The notes beneath the pieces are model-generated. The model was not told where the DNA came from and searched no databases. It saw only the letters and a program-made list of their open reading frames with translations. A stretch of 64,000 bases of DNA. Origin: Phoronis australis. Taxonomy: Eukaryota > Animalia > Phoronida. The translations under genes and the position numbers were made by a program. The stretch is taken from positions 257,760 to 321,759 of the forward strand of contig NMRA01000302.1 in NCBI GenBank assembly GCA_002633005.1, in the 5' to 3' direction. Of the stretch, positions 36,901-49,774 are shown piece by piece. How positions within the stretch are numbered: the first letter of the stretch is position 1; each line of letters begins with the position of its first letter.

Positions 36901-39900
36901 GATTGGCTCAATTTTGAATCTCCAGTTAACCCACTGGAATAACGTACACGAAGACTGAAGACACTGCGGGCTGCATGCGATAACTACATTAAGATTTCAA
37001 TCTACCTGGGACGCTGCGGCGTGCAGTGCTTTAGCAGAGTTAAACAAAAACAAGTGACTGGATGACGAATGTTATTTGAGCGATATTGAACTCGGTGTTT
37101 TCACCTACCGCAAACGCTTCTCAATTACCGGCGCTGGTGTCCTTTTTCAACTGTGTTGTGACGGTTGTAGGCTGGTAAGCATGCTGACGTCATAACACGG
37201 ATAGTATTCAGATATTCATGGATGACTCGGTCGGACGTGCCATGGCTGTATATGGTGCAATTTGGACCAGGAAATAAGAATGGACCTGCCGTCACACCGA
37301 GTCCAAAAATGACGTTAAAATGACGGCATGCTAACTAAACATTCCTACAGGCAATATGTCGGAAAACAACACTTTCACTCGAGCGCGCTACTACAATTAA
37401 ACACATCTTTGATGGCTGTATGACTAAGCAACAATAATAAAAAATAAGAAGAATAACAGACAGCTTCAAATTGCGCCGGTGTACATTAGTAAATACCTTG
37501 CACGAAAGATTCATCATTTGATTACGTCGAAGTCAAATCTCACTCAAATATTATCTACATGTAGAAACGACAACAGCACAACATAGCGGATAAGTTAAAC
37601 ATTCCAGGAGAAAATCGAAAGAAATATAAAAATCACTCTAGGGTCATCTCTTTGGCTCCGATACAAAAGTCACCAATTTTGTACTTATTGACCTCTAAGT
37701 TTGTTTTCCTATACGCCTTCAAAGGTTCAGGAAGAAAAAGACACGTTCTTGCACATCGAAGACAGTAATTGTCCGATATCAAATCATATAGGTTGCATGC
37801 AATGAGCAAAAAACATTACGGAATTAGGAAGTGAGACATAACAACTCCCGAATTAAATTGATAATAATGATTTTGTTTCATTCATCACGTGACAGGGGAG
37901 GCATGTTTGTGGTTGAAAGTCACTCAAGCGAATGTTTTTTTTTTGTAACTTCATTTCATTAAAATGATAAACCGCCTTGAACACCAGCCGTCGTACATGT
38001 ACGTCATCCTGCACTGCGCTGACAACGACATCGGTCACACCAATTTACATGAGCTAGGCACCACTCTCAAGGCCGATATTTCCTGAGAATCCACAACAAA
38101 TTTTCACACAGCACAATTGTTTGGTTCGAAATACTACCACACTAACAATGCCGAATAATTGTAGGTACCATACAAGTCATGAACATCGCCATGGCCACAA
38201 CCAACTCCATGGGGGTGAAACTGTTCTCAATCATTCCGGGTACTACATCCGGCCCCCTAACATTACAGTGAACGTCAGGTTGTTGTTCCATTCAGATCGA
38301 GCCCACCTGTCCCCTTTAGGGAACGATATTCTCGCAGTGCCATAAAGGGTACCTTAGAACATTTCACTGTTGAAGGCCCTCGGGTGTATGGGCCAAAGCT
38401 CTATCCTTTCTGCCAACATGTACATTGTAAATAACAGACGTGTATATAGTACTATGATTTGGGGTACACATGTATATCGCCATATTATATTACATTGTTA
38501 AGCTGCCCTATTCTTTTCTCATATCCCTCAGCACTTAATGTACTCTTCCACAAGCTATCCCATGAGCCTTCGCGCAGGAAGTAACTCGCACATGCGCAAT
38601 GCGTAGTTCGCTTGCGCTGCAAATCCGCTATTAGTCACAAAGCAGAACACCACACAAGAAACCAGTCAACAGGTTCACCTCTCCCCACGCGGGATGTGGC
38701 GGTGAGCAAGTGTGCTCATTCATGAACAACCCTGTCCTTCTGGCACAAAGTGAGCCAAAACACCACGCTCCTTTCATTATCTCTATTATCACTCCTCTTG
38801 GCCTGCTCATTCAGCTTGAATGGAACCTGCCTCTCGTTCAGTAACGCTAGGACCTCGCTTAAAAGCAAGACCCTTTACGAGATTACGTGAGATATTGCTG
38901 TGTATGAGATCGCGTGACTTTGGCTGAAATTTAGCAAGATCTTAGCGTAGGTCCTAGTGTAGGTCCTAGCGGTAATGAACGCACGTCAGCTTTGCCAGAT
39001 TGTTATAGCCCAGTTGGCTGTTTGATGTACCCACTTGGACATTTATAGGCCTATGATATTTGCATACTTGGCAGTTTGTACCCCTTTGATGCTTAGTAAT
39101 AAACCTGCCGTGTTGCTCTACCCAGTTGGTAGGCAATCGGACAATGCATATTGGGAATTCTGTACCTAGTTGGTATTACTTACAAACCTGTGTGACTTAT
39201 CGGATACTCAATTACACATTGAATACCGTAAATATATATTTTACCTCTTGTAATTAAGAAAGACAAAGATTGTGAAGAGCGAAGAATCCAGTTTTGTTAG
39301 GAGTTCATTGAATCAAAGCTTTTAACACATGGAGATGACATTTGCATTTCAAAACTAAAGCAAGACTTTGAAGCTTCACTTCAGAAACCAGGTGTACAGG
39401 CAATCTTAAGAAACGACTGTTGAAGCTGCAGTTTGGGTCCATTAAGAGTTACGAAAGTGAATTGAGGCTGGTGTTCAATAATTCACTTGCTGACACACTA
39501 ATGAACATGGCCCATAATAACATATTTTGAATCAAACACGTGTTCAAATCATGCCTGCATCCAAACAAGGATTCAATGGTTCAACCTTCATTGCATGCGG
39601 GACAGTTACCATTGTGCAGTGCTACCCTCTCTAAACTCCTATAAGTGGCTACTTTCCGGGGGAGCTTTTCAGTTTTAAGAAATGGATGGCAATGCCCACA
39701 GCTCCATTGACTATATTAAACGATGTTGGCTGCAAGTGCACAAAGAACATGTGTGCAGGGAAACTGAGTTTGTGCTGCAATGCTGGATCAAACTTTACAG
39801 AAATGCGCAGTTGTGTCAGCTGTAGTAGTATCAGGAACACTGACTGTATAACTTTGGATAGTTCTTTGATAAGTCAATCAAATACAATCACGTTTATTTG

Positions 39901-42900
39901 TATGAAAGGCGTCTAGCCCAAAGTACAATAAACAAAAAACTAATCAGGCACATTTGCACGCGCAGTCAACCCACTTAAGAGCTGTTCTCGTCTTTTAAGG
40001 GCAAAATACACATATTTAACAACAGACATGTCTGAATGCCTCTATTGAACTTCCTTCATAAAACGTGACCTAAGTTCACAATGTCCCTTGCAAATCAACA
40101 AGAAGTGGTATTCATCCTCTACAAGACCATCATTGCAAATCAAACATAATCTATTATAACATTCCACTTTCTTGTATCTACCCACTTCCACTTGCAGTCT
40201 ATGGTTGGAGTAACGTCACCGAGTAAACGCTTGAATAACACTATTATGTAGCGGTAACTTAAGATATGTTCAAAACAGTACAGAGTCTTTAAGATACAGT
40301 AGTATTTGAGTTTTGCATTATGCTCAATTCCTGAAAGCCAACCTTGCTCATAGCAGTCATTAATTCTTTGTGCGAAGATACTTAAAAACGAGACTTCGTA
40401 CATGACACCTTGATTAAACCAAATTTCATAAAACCATATTTTGATAGCAATTGAACAGAAGATACCCAAGTATTTCTCCCATTCCGATCTCAATCAGCTA
40501 ACATGTCATAAGCCGCTTTAGCGTATCTAGAAGGTGGCATTTTAAATAACTTTAGCCAATATTTTACACATGTGACATAGTACTTTGCATAGAGCGGATA
40601 AATTTCACATTCACCCAAAACAGCTGCATTTGAGCAAGAGTTTCCAACTCCAAGAGCAATTCAAGCCATTCATATTCTTTGAATCCCCAGATTCCCACAC
40701 CGTAGCATATACAGTACAATAGTTGGTACAGCAATTTTATCAAACAGTTCAAGTGATAGGCTCAATGAGTGATTTTTAGGGGTTTTTTTTGCAGTTTGTA
40801 GTTCTTTGTTCCACCAAGGGGGTTGTTTGCTCCGCCGTTTACCATAAACACGTTTATTCTTAAACATTTCCATCGATGTAGCAGTTTGTTTATACAGATT
40901 TGAGACACCATCTGTTGCACTTTCTATGTCGCCACTAGCTATCTGTTCAACTATTCGATCTAGACTTTCTGATAGGCAATTTGAGAACACTTCATGGAAT
41001 TCAGCTACACGGCCACTATCCCACTCCAGACGAGTGTGCGATTGTGATGTTGATTGGCTAACGCAACAATGCCTGTCATACACACAATTACCCGCAACAT
41101 TAAAAACAATAGGAAAATGATCAGACTCGTCAAATGTGTAGTGTCTACACTAAAATCTGAAATATATTGAAATAGACTCGTTGATACGATTAAATGGTCT
41201 ACAGTGCTACAACTACCTGATGCGTGAAATGTAAACTCGACATATTTATCACTCTGACTCTTACCGTTGACAACATGCATGCTTAAGTCACAACATAATT
41301 AATAGTTTTGCCAAAATTATTTACAGTTTCATCCTTAGATTGCCTGGGCGAACAAAATGTTTCACTATCGTACCAATATTGACACGGTAAGAAATCTGCA
41401 CTGTCATCCAGAATATAGTCTTCAAGTTTCCTGCTCTAGCATTTTGGTCACCCATGACAACAAAATGACAATCACAAAACTTCCGAGACAAATTCAACAA
41501 CTCTTAGGCAAGCAGGGTAACCCCATTTTTCTCTGCGGAGTCTCCATACACTGGCGACCCTTCTGTGGCTACATACATTAAATAAAGCAAATAATAACAT
41601 CGTCCGTCTTAAACAACCTTTTGTCGCCCTTTAAGACCGTGAATATGATCAACCTTCAAAAGTCTAAAATATTTTCCTAATTCATGTTTCATAAGTATAC
41701 TCACTCCACCGGAGTTTCTTCCAAATTTTCTTCTCTTATATGTGGTACACTAAACTGGTTTGATTTATTTGCCCATGTTTCACTGACTGCTACTACATGA
41801 TACATGTACCTAAATATAAAGTAAAGAACCTCAGATTGTCCAATCTTTTTTCGCGAGACCATGTGCGTTCAAGCTCATCAAGGACATGCCGGTTGTATAC
41901 ACAGGTGGGCCTTGGCCTCCATCCTATCTGTTGTATTTAAACACTCTCTTGTTGTCGTCGTCGTACATATAAGTTTTCTTGTCGTGAATGAGTTTGTCTC
42001 ATCGTATGCTTACATTTTCCATGTCGTCTTCCTTAGCGAATTTATACAGTTCCTTTCTGGCATTGCGTACTCTAACTGAGAAATCTTCGGTTTTAAGAAT
42101 GGCTGGGTTTTCTAGGTGTTTGCGTTTCTTCAAAATGTTGGTCTTGTCTTTAGAAGACACCTTAGCAATGATCGGACACGTCTTACCACTTATTTTCTTT
42201 CCCAGTCTGTGTGCCCTCTCGACATGGATATCGATGCTCTTTGGCAAGATTCACTACGAGAGTTTCAGATATTTCCCACGATTCATTATTTTCTTCTTAG
42301 TTTCAAGCCATGGACGATTATGTTATGACGCCTGGACCGATTTTATAGGTCATCACTTTTCGCGCTCAGATCTTTAATAAACGTTTTCAATTTTTCGTTC
42401 TCTCTTTTCGTGTCTTCATATTCGGTTCTGAGTTTGTTGAATTCTTTTTCCATATTATCGAATCGCTTATTTAATGATTCCAAAAGATCTTTGTTTGAGA
42501 TATCTTGACTGGGGCTCATATAATCAGCAATGGAGCTGCGAGTACAATGTATTAGCGCGTCCCCTGTCTTTGTTTCTTGGCATAATGACGGATTACGTAA
42601 CAAAAATGCAGAGAGGACGGATAGGCGTTGCAGCAAATACCGTTTTGACCTGTAGACTATGGGCTGTCCGTAAAACTTACATTTGTGATAATTCCTCTGT
42701 CTCTAGGTTTTAATACAGCTGCCCACTAATTCATGAGGCTTGGTTGTCCATGTATTCCGAGATATCGGAGATATTATGTGGAGCACAATCACTGAGTCGA
42801 CATGCTTATGCAGCAGCGCCCTCAACCGTAAATAGACCACCAAATTCTCCAACCCCGTTATTTCGTTATATTTTTGTGTTAAAAATGTGAGTTTTGATTT

Positions 42901-45900
42901 TTATTTGTTGATTTAGTCATAGAAAGTAATACTTTTTTCATTATCATGTATTTGTCTTGCTACACAGTTTCAAAATAACCGAATATTTTCATATAGTCGA
43001 TGTGAACATTCACAGAGATAATTCAGCTTTGTTGTGTGTTGTTCAACATATTTCCAGTATACTATGTAAACATATTCAATTTTATTCCATTAATCAATGG
43101 TGCAGTCACTGACACACATATTTTAACAATATTTGAGTGCACTGTGTAATTTTGCTTGTCAGACAATGTCATTTTAACCTCGTTGTTGATGCCGTGCATC
43201 AATTTTTGTCATTGGTTGTTGTATTTCATTTCCTTGTTACGCTATCTATTTTCTTTAAAGGTAGCAGTACATCTTTCACCGCTGTGATTTGGTTTCTTTT
43301 ACTAAGCCGGTTCTTTCCAGTGGCTACAATAACATTTGCATAGTCTAATAGTAGCTTGACCGGCCGGCTATTATTACGTATTAGCCTCTGTATGTTACGC
43401 TGGTTTTGGTGACTAGCGTTTCAAGAGTTTACCGGCATTCGTAGACAATATCTGTAAGGCGAATCATGTGTTTTCCTCGGATGCTGGAACTTTTATATTA
43501 AGCACAGACTGTTAGCCAAACTGTAGTACTGAGTATTATTGCGTAGCATGTTGTACACATGTGTATCTACTAGCTAAGTTTAGAGCGTATATAGTTGTTG
43601 TTTGACGTACATTGGCCTTCAGCTGTGGGTTGGCGTATATAGACCCTATTCACGCCGACAGGAGGCGCGTTCCAAAACAAGGCTCGCTACGATAGCTCTG
43701 GTGGCTTATCCGCGTCGTTGTACTCCGCGTTGCTCGAACAGCTAGAAAAAATATGGACACTCTGTTTTACAATCCCTAAGGACGTTGGGATTCGGAAGCG
43801 TTGGGTCCTTGCCATACGCCGCGACGAAGGAAAACATGTCCGTGTAAAATTTATAACTGTTTTCGAATCATAATTTGTCGCATCTCGGACTGGATGCCGC
43901 CACAGCAACGAGGACCGGAGAATCTTCGGCCAGCCAGGCTGTTTTCATGACTACATGTATGGGTTGAAGCGCGATGCATTTTTCTTTATAAAAAGGACAG
44001 GGCCCTAAATCCCTCAATTTTGGGGCCAAATATTGGCCCTATTCCCCTCTCAAAAATATTGAAAAATCACGCGAAATTCCCAGCCACGAGGCCTAAAAAT
44101 CCCTTATGATTGAAAATTCCTCGCCAACGGTTCAAATCGCCAGTGACCACAGAGGTGACAATTTGAAAAAGTACAAAATCATAGGCGGATTAAGGGGGGG
44201 GGACAGGGGCCCGCCCCCCCCCCCTTGACTGTCGCAAGCAAAATAAACCAACAAAACGTGGAGCGGGAGGAAACTTGTACTGAGTTCGAGCTAGGAACGG
44301 TAGCGGACGAGGGGGGAAAACACGTTCCGTTTTATTTTTTTTAGTCCAACGACAGATTTCCTGAGCAGAATGTATACATCCTCGGCGCCCGCAACTTCCG
44401 GGCCGCCTGCGTGCATACAATCGCGCTTTGCCCGCTTCTCCGAGGATGTCGGCCCCCCTCACTAGGCCTATATGATATCCTAGATCAACCACTGAAAATG
44501 CTACTTGAGACAGAGCTATGAGAGCTTGCAAAAGGGCGGGGTGTTATTGATGGTGATCGGGAGGTCAGCAGAGTTTTCACTGACCCGTCACTCGGCGAAA
44601 CGTTCCCCTCTCAGAAGGCCGCACACACATCATTGATGCACCTTTCCCCTCGGATATGAACGAGGCCTCTGAAGAAACATGATAACTATGCTTGTTCCAG
44701 GGGGGATCCAGGACTTTGAGTTGGGGGGGAGCAAGGCAGAGTATTAGCCAGGATTTTGCCCGTCAGAAATTCGCGCTCCTGAAATGCCAAATGGAATCTG
44801 GGCGAATTTTAGGGGGGCTGGGGCATAGCCCCTTGGCTCCCTTCTAAATCCGCCACTGTGTTCTGTCCAGTTAACTGAAATTGAGCTCTATAACGAGGTT
44901 ATGCTTTGGAAGAAAGAATTAGGTGTTTTAATTTTAAAATTCAACTTGGTCGAGATCGATATTTGGAAAATATAACACATGAAATAGACGTAATTATTAA
45001 AACCAAGAAAACAGAACTGATATCACATAATTTTTATTTTCAAAGACCGGCCATTTAACTCACGCAATGTAAATTTCCGCTTTGTTTATCGCAGTGAGCC
45101 TCGCTTTGGATTTTAATGTCCGCCGCGTGAATAGAGTCTATGTTGCGCGGTACCCGGTTCATAGAATAAATACTTACGGGTCGCAGTTAAGCAGTTGTTT
45201 GTGTATGGTAATGGTTCCCAGCTATAGAATAGATAGTATGGGTTCCAGTTAATTGTGTATTGTTAGCGAGGTAGTATTTGTTAGGCCTGTAATACAGTCA
45301 TTGTCGCTAGTCTTTCTAACTCTCTGATATATAGTGCTTGTTAATTAATTACGCTTGCTTGCCGAGTACTCAGACTGTTTTTCTTTATTGCAGATAACCG
45401 CTTGTTCGGTTTCTCCTTTTCATCGCTTGTTCGATTTCACTTCTTCAACGCCTTTTTGTTTTCAATTTTTCAACGCTTCTTTGTACATGTATTCACAGAG
45501 AAATTTTAAGTACGAAACATCAAAACTATCCGCTGAGATAAATTTGATTGTTACATGACGTCAGTTGCATTGTTCAACAATAACGACGTGACGTGCGATA
45601 ATGTACGTCATTGTTGCTATACGGCGATAACTTTTATGCAACTGTGCCCAGGGGTAGATTCCAATGTGCTTTACTTGGAGTAGAGTATTAAAATTAGACC
45701 TTGCGTTCAGAAATTCGCCTTGTGTAGGGTTCATTTATATACTATTATGAAAGGGGCCGCCAACTCCGTCTACTACCACAGCTTAAGAGCTGTAATCTGT
45801 GTCTACTCAATGGTGGCGCCAAACAAGTTTGTTTTTCAGGTTACACTTTACGTGCTGTGATTGTACACATGTATGGTGCGTCTGCTGACTGTGGTTTTTT

Positions 45901-46233
45901 CTATGTCGTAAAACGTGACATTTTCAATGGCATTTTTTAAACTATTGTCGAATACTCATGTGATGTGGAACGGCTTTTTTAATACCGAAAAAGCTTTCGT
46001 AGTGCTAAGCAATTAAATACGTATCAGAATTTACCTCCTTAATACAATGATCGGGTACTGAGGTCTGAGAAGACGTGAATGCGCCTCCCATTTGAATTCA
46101 TAAGGAAATGTCAAATCATGTATTGAATATATGGTCATGCAGGTTGCCTGGTGATTCCTACGGAGCAGGCACATATTATAACGAGTTTCTACCAGTCTGC
46201 TGCTTTTCAATACCTACCTTTGATGTAGCACAT
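18963..46233 (-). CDS. Gene B: CNTFR-alpha/CRLF1-like class I cytokine receptor, SP + Ig + CHR + putative GPI-anchor signal, 423 aa
   Basis: Exons 46233-46218, 36658-36548, 33935-33781, 29927-29786, 27823-27697 (NCVSQNFYDMECEW), 23242-23007, 22131-21962, 20729-20558 (PYWSETS), 19105-18963 (...ENTGTKAKMTEPPMLTLILAAATLSH*). Total 1272 nt, no internal stops, all GT-AG. Length differences versus A are multiples of 3. No sushi or second-Ig exons seen between 20558 and 19105. Confidence 0.85.
24480..26270 (+). mobile_element. Degraded L1/Tx1-clade LINE ORF2 (RT and downstream)
   Basis: KSSGSDGF, LLDFEKAFDSL, SSWFNISRG*RQ, KFLGF, WSRRNLTPFERVNLIK, PLWFNSN motifs with many stops and frameshifts. Confidence 0.8.
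29970..31560 (-). mobile_element. Degraded Ty3/Gypsy pol fragment (RT and RNase H)
   Basis: IDTGTHRPIKQPPRRLP, LASGYWQV, CLVYVDDVI, LKLKSKKC, GHVVSFEGISCDPAKV, RELLAVVAFAKHF; frameshifted. Confidence 0.9.
33300..33742 (-). mobile_element. Harbinger-type element end with Myb/SANT-like DNA-binding ORF fragment
   Basis: KPNFSSGELSRLVAGV...AKRIAWLEITSRL resembles the Harbinger Myb/trihelix partner protein. A GGACCCGTTCC-type end lies at the B-specific insertion boundary. Confidence 0.6.
34481..34780 (+). pseudogene. KolX-like accessory ORF fragment (Cys-rich, resembling the P2X7 C-terminal domain)
   Basis: GYMFEPEY...ETS*CKCTVCVVMPTSMECLCCSE; the TAG at 34691 sits where the W of the W-C-x-C motif is expected. 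Confidence 0.75.
34780..35577 (-). pseudogene. Truncated Kolobok THAP-domain transposase
   Basis: MPHCCCVPGC...LHRFP...WL...RVCGKHF...LKKDAIPS is a THAP domain. It is followed by KFIVDLSKVLELFRRCKV* (probable Cys-to-stop) and CVAGHSGKW; the DDE core is deleted. Confidence 0.85.
38000..39221 (+). mobile_element. Ngaro (tyrosine-recombinase retrotransposon) 3' fragment, older copy
   Basis: SGNH-like NDIG...HLSPLGND remnant and terminal sequence ending GATACTCAATTACACATTGA, as in 48180-49080; interrupted by a MITE at about 38830. Confidence 0.75.
39600..39845 (+). mobile_element. Academ-like transposase C-terminal Cys-rich fragment
   Basis: KWMAMPTAPLTILNDVGCKCTKNMCAGKLSLCCNAGSNFTEMRSCVSC fits the W..P.AP..L...C-x-C Cys-cluster tail recalled for AcademX proteins. 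Confidence 0.5.
39870..42700 (-). mobile_element. Degraded non-LTR retrotransposon (ORF1 + APE + C-terminus; RT deleted)
   Basis: ORF1 coiled coil plus VERAHRLG...TEDFS; APE motifs VSETW, STVDHL, SDHFP; C-terminal GIWG and C-x2-C..VEDEYHFLLIC; AATAAA with an ATTG-type tail near 39870-39900. Clade uncertain. Confidence 0.85.
43641..45139 (+). mobile_element. ISL2EU/Harbinger-related non-autonomous element with THAP remnant and nested MITE pieces
   Basis: AT|AGACCCTATTCACGC...GCGTGAATAGAGTCT|AT (TIR with AT duplication). IPKDVGIRKRWVLAIRRDEGKH at about 43770-43836. G/C-tract MITE ends at 44180-44250 and 44698-44858, with a related inverted copy at about 50140-50218. Confidence 0.7.
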
Positions 46234-46447
46234 TGCATTGGGTTTTCAGAATGTTCGTCGATCTTGATCTTAACATCCAATCAAAAATGCTTATGAAACG
46301 CAGTTCTATGTTTGAGATAACTACGTGATCATAAAAACATGATTCGTCATTTGCAGTTGCTACTAAGAAGGGTCCGTGTCCCTAAGACGTAAGATCATTT
46401 TCTTAAGGATGCATTAAACATTTATTCTTCCACAACATACACTTACA

Positions 46448-46471
46448 AGGGTTAGGGTTAGGGTTAGGGTT
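46448..46471 (+). repeat. Short interstitial telomeric repeat, (TTAGGG) x4
   Basis: AGGGTTAGGGTTAGGGTTAGGGTT. Confidence 0.85.
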
Positions 46472-49080
46472 TCTCTAAGGCCATTCCAGACTCGCGAGCT
46501 TTCATTCGAAGATTCTGCGATGCTCTGACCAGGGCCCATAAACCCCACCATCACATATCAGTGTCTAACGGCATGAAGGTGACATGCCGTTCTGGTTGTT
46601 GTTTCTGGACTCATTCAATGGGGTCACATTCTTCCCTGAGTCAGAATGGACCACAAACGACGTTCTCTCTCTGTACACTGACAGCGTAGGTGCACTAAAC
46701 TTAGGAACTGGGGCCATCTTCAACAGTGGCCATTCTACCCCTGGCCAACCGACTGAACTGCCCTCATGGCGGATATGAAATTCTTAGAATTGTTTCCCGT
46801 GGTCTTAGCATCTTGTATCTGGGGGTCTTCCTTCTCCAATAAGAAAATCATCTTATGTATAGACAATGAAGTTTTGGTCTACGTCATGAACCGTCAATCG
46901 TCGAAATCTAATTCCATGCAACTCATTCGGCCCCTGTTGTTACTAGCCCTACAGTACGTCAAAATGTTTCCTTAAGACTCAAACACGTGAGAGGTGTTGA
47001 TAATACTGTTGCTGATATTATCTCTCGCAAATAGGTGGAAAGATGTCGCACGTTAGCACCAGAGGCAATACCCACCAAGTTCTACAATTGGTCCCCACGA
47101 TGAGGCAGCTAGACTAATTCAAGCATCCATCTCCAACAACACCCATAAAGTGCATGACCGAGGCCTCCAGCCATTTGATTCGTTTAGACAACAGCATAAC
47201 CTGTCACTGTGCTGACCCCCTAGAATTGGTCATTTGTTAATTCGTACATGTTTCCCTGTGGTTTTGTGGTTCGTACCGTCGAGTTATACCTGGCAGGAGT
47301 GCACTTTAAATGCATGGTCACCCAGATGTTACCACCAACTTCATCGTGTCCAAGACACTGGAGGGCCTACGACGTTTTGCGAAAACTGATGACACAAGAC
47401 TACCGAGTACTCCCGAGATACATGTACTGTACCGGTTGGTCAACAGTCTCCATCTAGTCTGCTCCTCTACATATGAGACGCAGCTTTTCAAGATAGCTGA
47501 TGTTTTGGCGTTTTTTTTTCCAAATATTAGATTTGGTTGGCTCAAACAATGGAGGTCTTCAACAGGGTCTACGTTAAAATCACACCATCCAAGACCAACC
47601 AGCGTGGCAAAACATCGACACTCGTTCTACATCTCTTTTCGCACCACCCACTTACTGTATATGCCCGGTGGACAACATGCTTTAATTTCACAAACTCAGA
47701 CCACCAAGCGCTCACCAGCTCCTCTGTCATTTTGGAGCAAATCCCCTCACTTGCTATCGGTTTAGCGCTATCCTGCAATTGGCAATGATGGAACACGGCA
47801 GATACCGGTCACATTCATTCCACATCGATGCTGCCACAGCGGCACGCACAGCTGGCTGGACACCAGAACAAAACACACTCACACGCATATAGAACGTATG
47901 GTCGTAGTAATTCCGAAAAAATATTTGTCCACAATGTGGACTGTTATTTTTTTAAAGAAAGTTTCAACTTAAGTCTTTCAATGGCTTATACCGCTTGGAT
48001 TTTGGGATCGTCGAGCATCAAACGGGTTTGTTCATGCCAGGACAAGCCCCGGTGGCACGAACTTGGGGTTCAAATCAGTGGGGATACGGAGCATCTTTTG
48101 GCAAAGCTTCGACGGGTTCAAGTGGAATCAGTTCATCCCCAAACTGTGGACGATGAACCGACTTGAAGACCATCATCCTGTACTGCTCTGGCAACGACAT
48201 TGGTCACACCAAAATACATGAGCTACCCACCACTCTCAAAGCAGATATTTCCAGAATCCACACCAAATTTCCACACAGCACGCTTGTTTGGTCCACAATA
48301 CTACCACGGTTACAATGGAAAAGGGTACCATGGAAGTCATGAACTCTGCCAGGGCCAGCATCGACTCCATGGCGGCTAAGACTGTTCTCACTCATTCTGG
48401 GTGCTACATCAGGAACCCTGACATTACGAAGGACGCCAGGTGGTTGTTCTATCCAGATGGAGTCCACCTGTCCCCGTTAGGAAACGATATTTTTCTCAAT
48501 GCTATAAAGGATGCCTTAGCGCAATTAACTGCTGACTGACTTCGGGTGTATGATCAATACATCTATCAGTTATGCTTAGGTAAAGTCTCTAGATGGTAGT
48601 TTGTTTGGGTATATCACCATATCATCTTTTATTATACTGACTACACTTCCCCCCATCCCATCCCCTGCCAATCCTATTCGTCTTTTGAGTACCATGATCA
48701 CGTCCCCCCACGTCGGTTGTGGCGGTGGACAGGATTGTTCATCCATGAACAACCCTGCCCCTGTGGCACATAGTGAGCCACAACGCCACGTTCCTTACAA
48801 TATCTTTTTATCACTCCGGCTGGTCTGCTCACTCAGCTTGTCCGGAACTTGCTTTGCAGGTTGTTATATCCCAGTTGGTTGTTTGGTGTAAGTATTTGGT
48901 ACTTTATATGATATTTAACCATTTAGCAGTTTGTACCCATTTGGTACTTGTTGTTGAATTTGCCGGTTTGCTCGACCCACTTGGTAGGCAATCGGACAAT
49001 ACCCATCTGGGATTAAGTACCCATTTGGTAGGCTATGCTAACCTGTGCCACTTAGTATCCGATACTCAATTACACATTGA
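46472..49080 (+). mobile_element. 5'-truncated Ngaro/DIRS-order retrotransposon: RNase H, tyrosine recombinase, SGNH hydrolase, terminal repeat
   Basis: FWLLFLDSFNG, LYTDS, FLELFPVV, DNEVLV, HVRGVDNTVADIISR (RNase H); SKTNQRG, GHSFHIDAAT (YR); WILGSSSIKR, GNDIG, DGVHLSPLGNDIFL (SGNH). All disrupted. Confidence 0.9.
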
Positions 49081-49774
49081 CTTAGACTTATGATTTTGTT
49101 ATTGTTCGATTCCTCGTAATGTTATCTCTTCAAATATACACAGAAATTTCTCCTACCCCGTTCCCTTAGTATTTTATCGTGAAATTTCTTCTAGCACTAT
49201 TTCCTGCTACGCGGTAGTAATACCGCCATGTTGAATGGAAGGAGTCGCCTGTGGGTCAAAAACTGAACTAATCTACAGACTTACAGATCGTCGCTTTTCA
49301 TAAGTTCAAGTTGACCGAGACCCGTCAATCCGATGGCCGAGTTACAGAACCAAGGATTCGAATTCGATCCTATGGTGACCCTGATATACGCATCTGCTAG
49401 CAAGAATTCGCCAAAACAGCGGAGGTTGTTTTTGAGGTCCAAATGTGTGAAAAGAGTATCACTTCAGATATTTTCGTGGAAAAATAGTCAAATGGTCACA
49501 ATTCTAAAAAAATGGAAAAGGTAAAATACTTCTACTTGTTTATCAATATTATGTCAGGCAAACACCATTCAGAATCAATGATGCTGTTTCATTCATTAAC
49601 AGTAGGTGTCGCTGTAATCTTGAGTTGAGCTAACATGGCGGTGTCCACCGGGAAATAGTGCCAACTGAAATTCGACGATAAAATATGGAGGAAACGTGGT
49701 AGGGGATCAATTCATATATTTTTGGAAAGATGATGGTGCGAGGAATCGAACGATACCAAAATCATATATCTAAG
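49081..49774. mobile_element. MITE with about 150-bp imperfect TIRs
   Basis: CTTAGA..TATGATTTTG.TAT.GTTCGATTCCTCG...ACCGCCATGTT is mirrored at about 49632-49774. Confidence 0.75.

Noticed and set aside
5400-46440. A and B as uncollapsed haplotypes or an assembly artefact
   Set aside because: Different domain content, extensive intron divergence and independent TE insertions indicate true paralogs. The n at 18286 near the junction still merits a read check.
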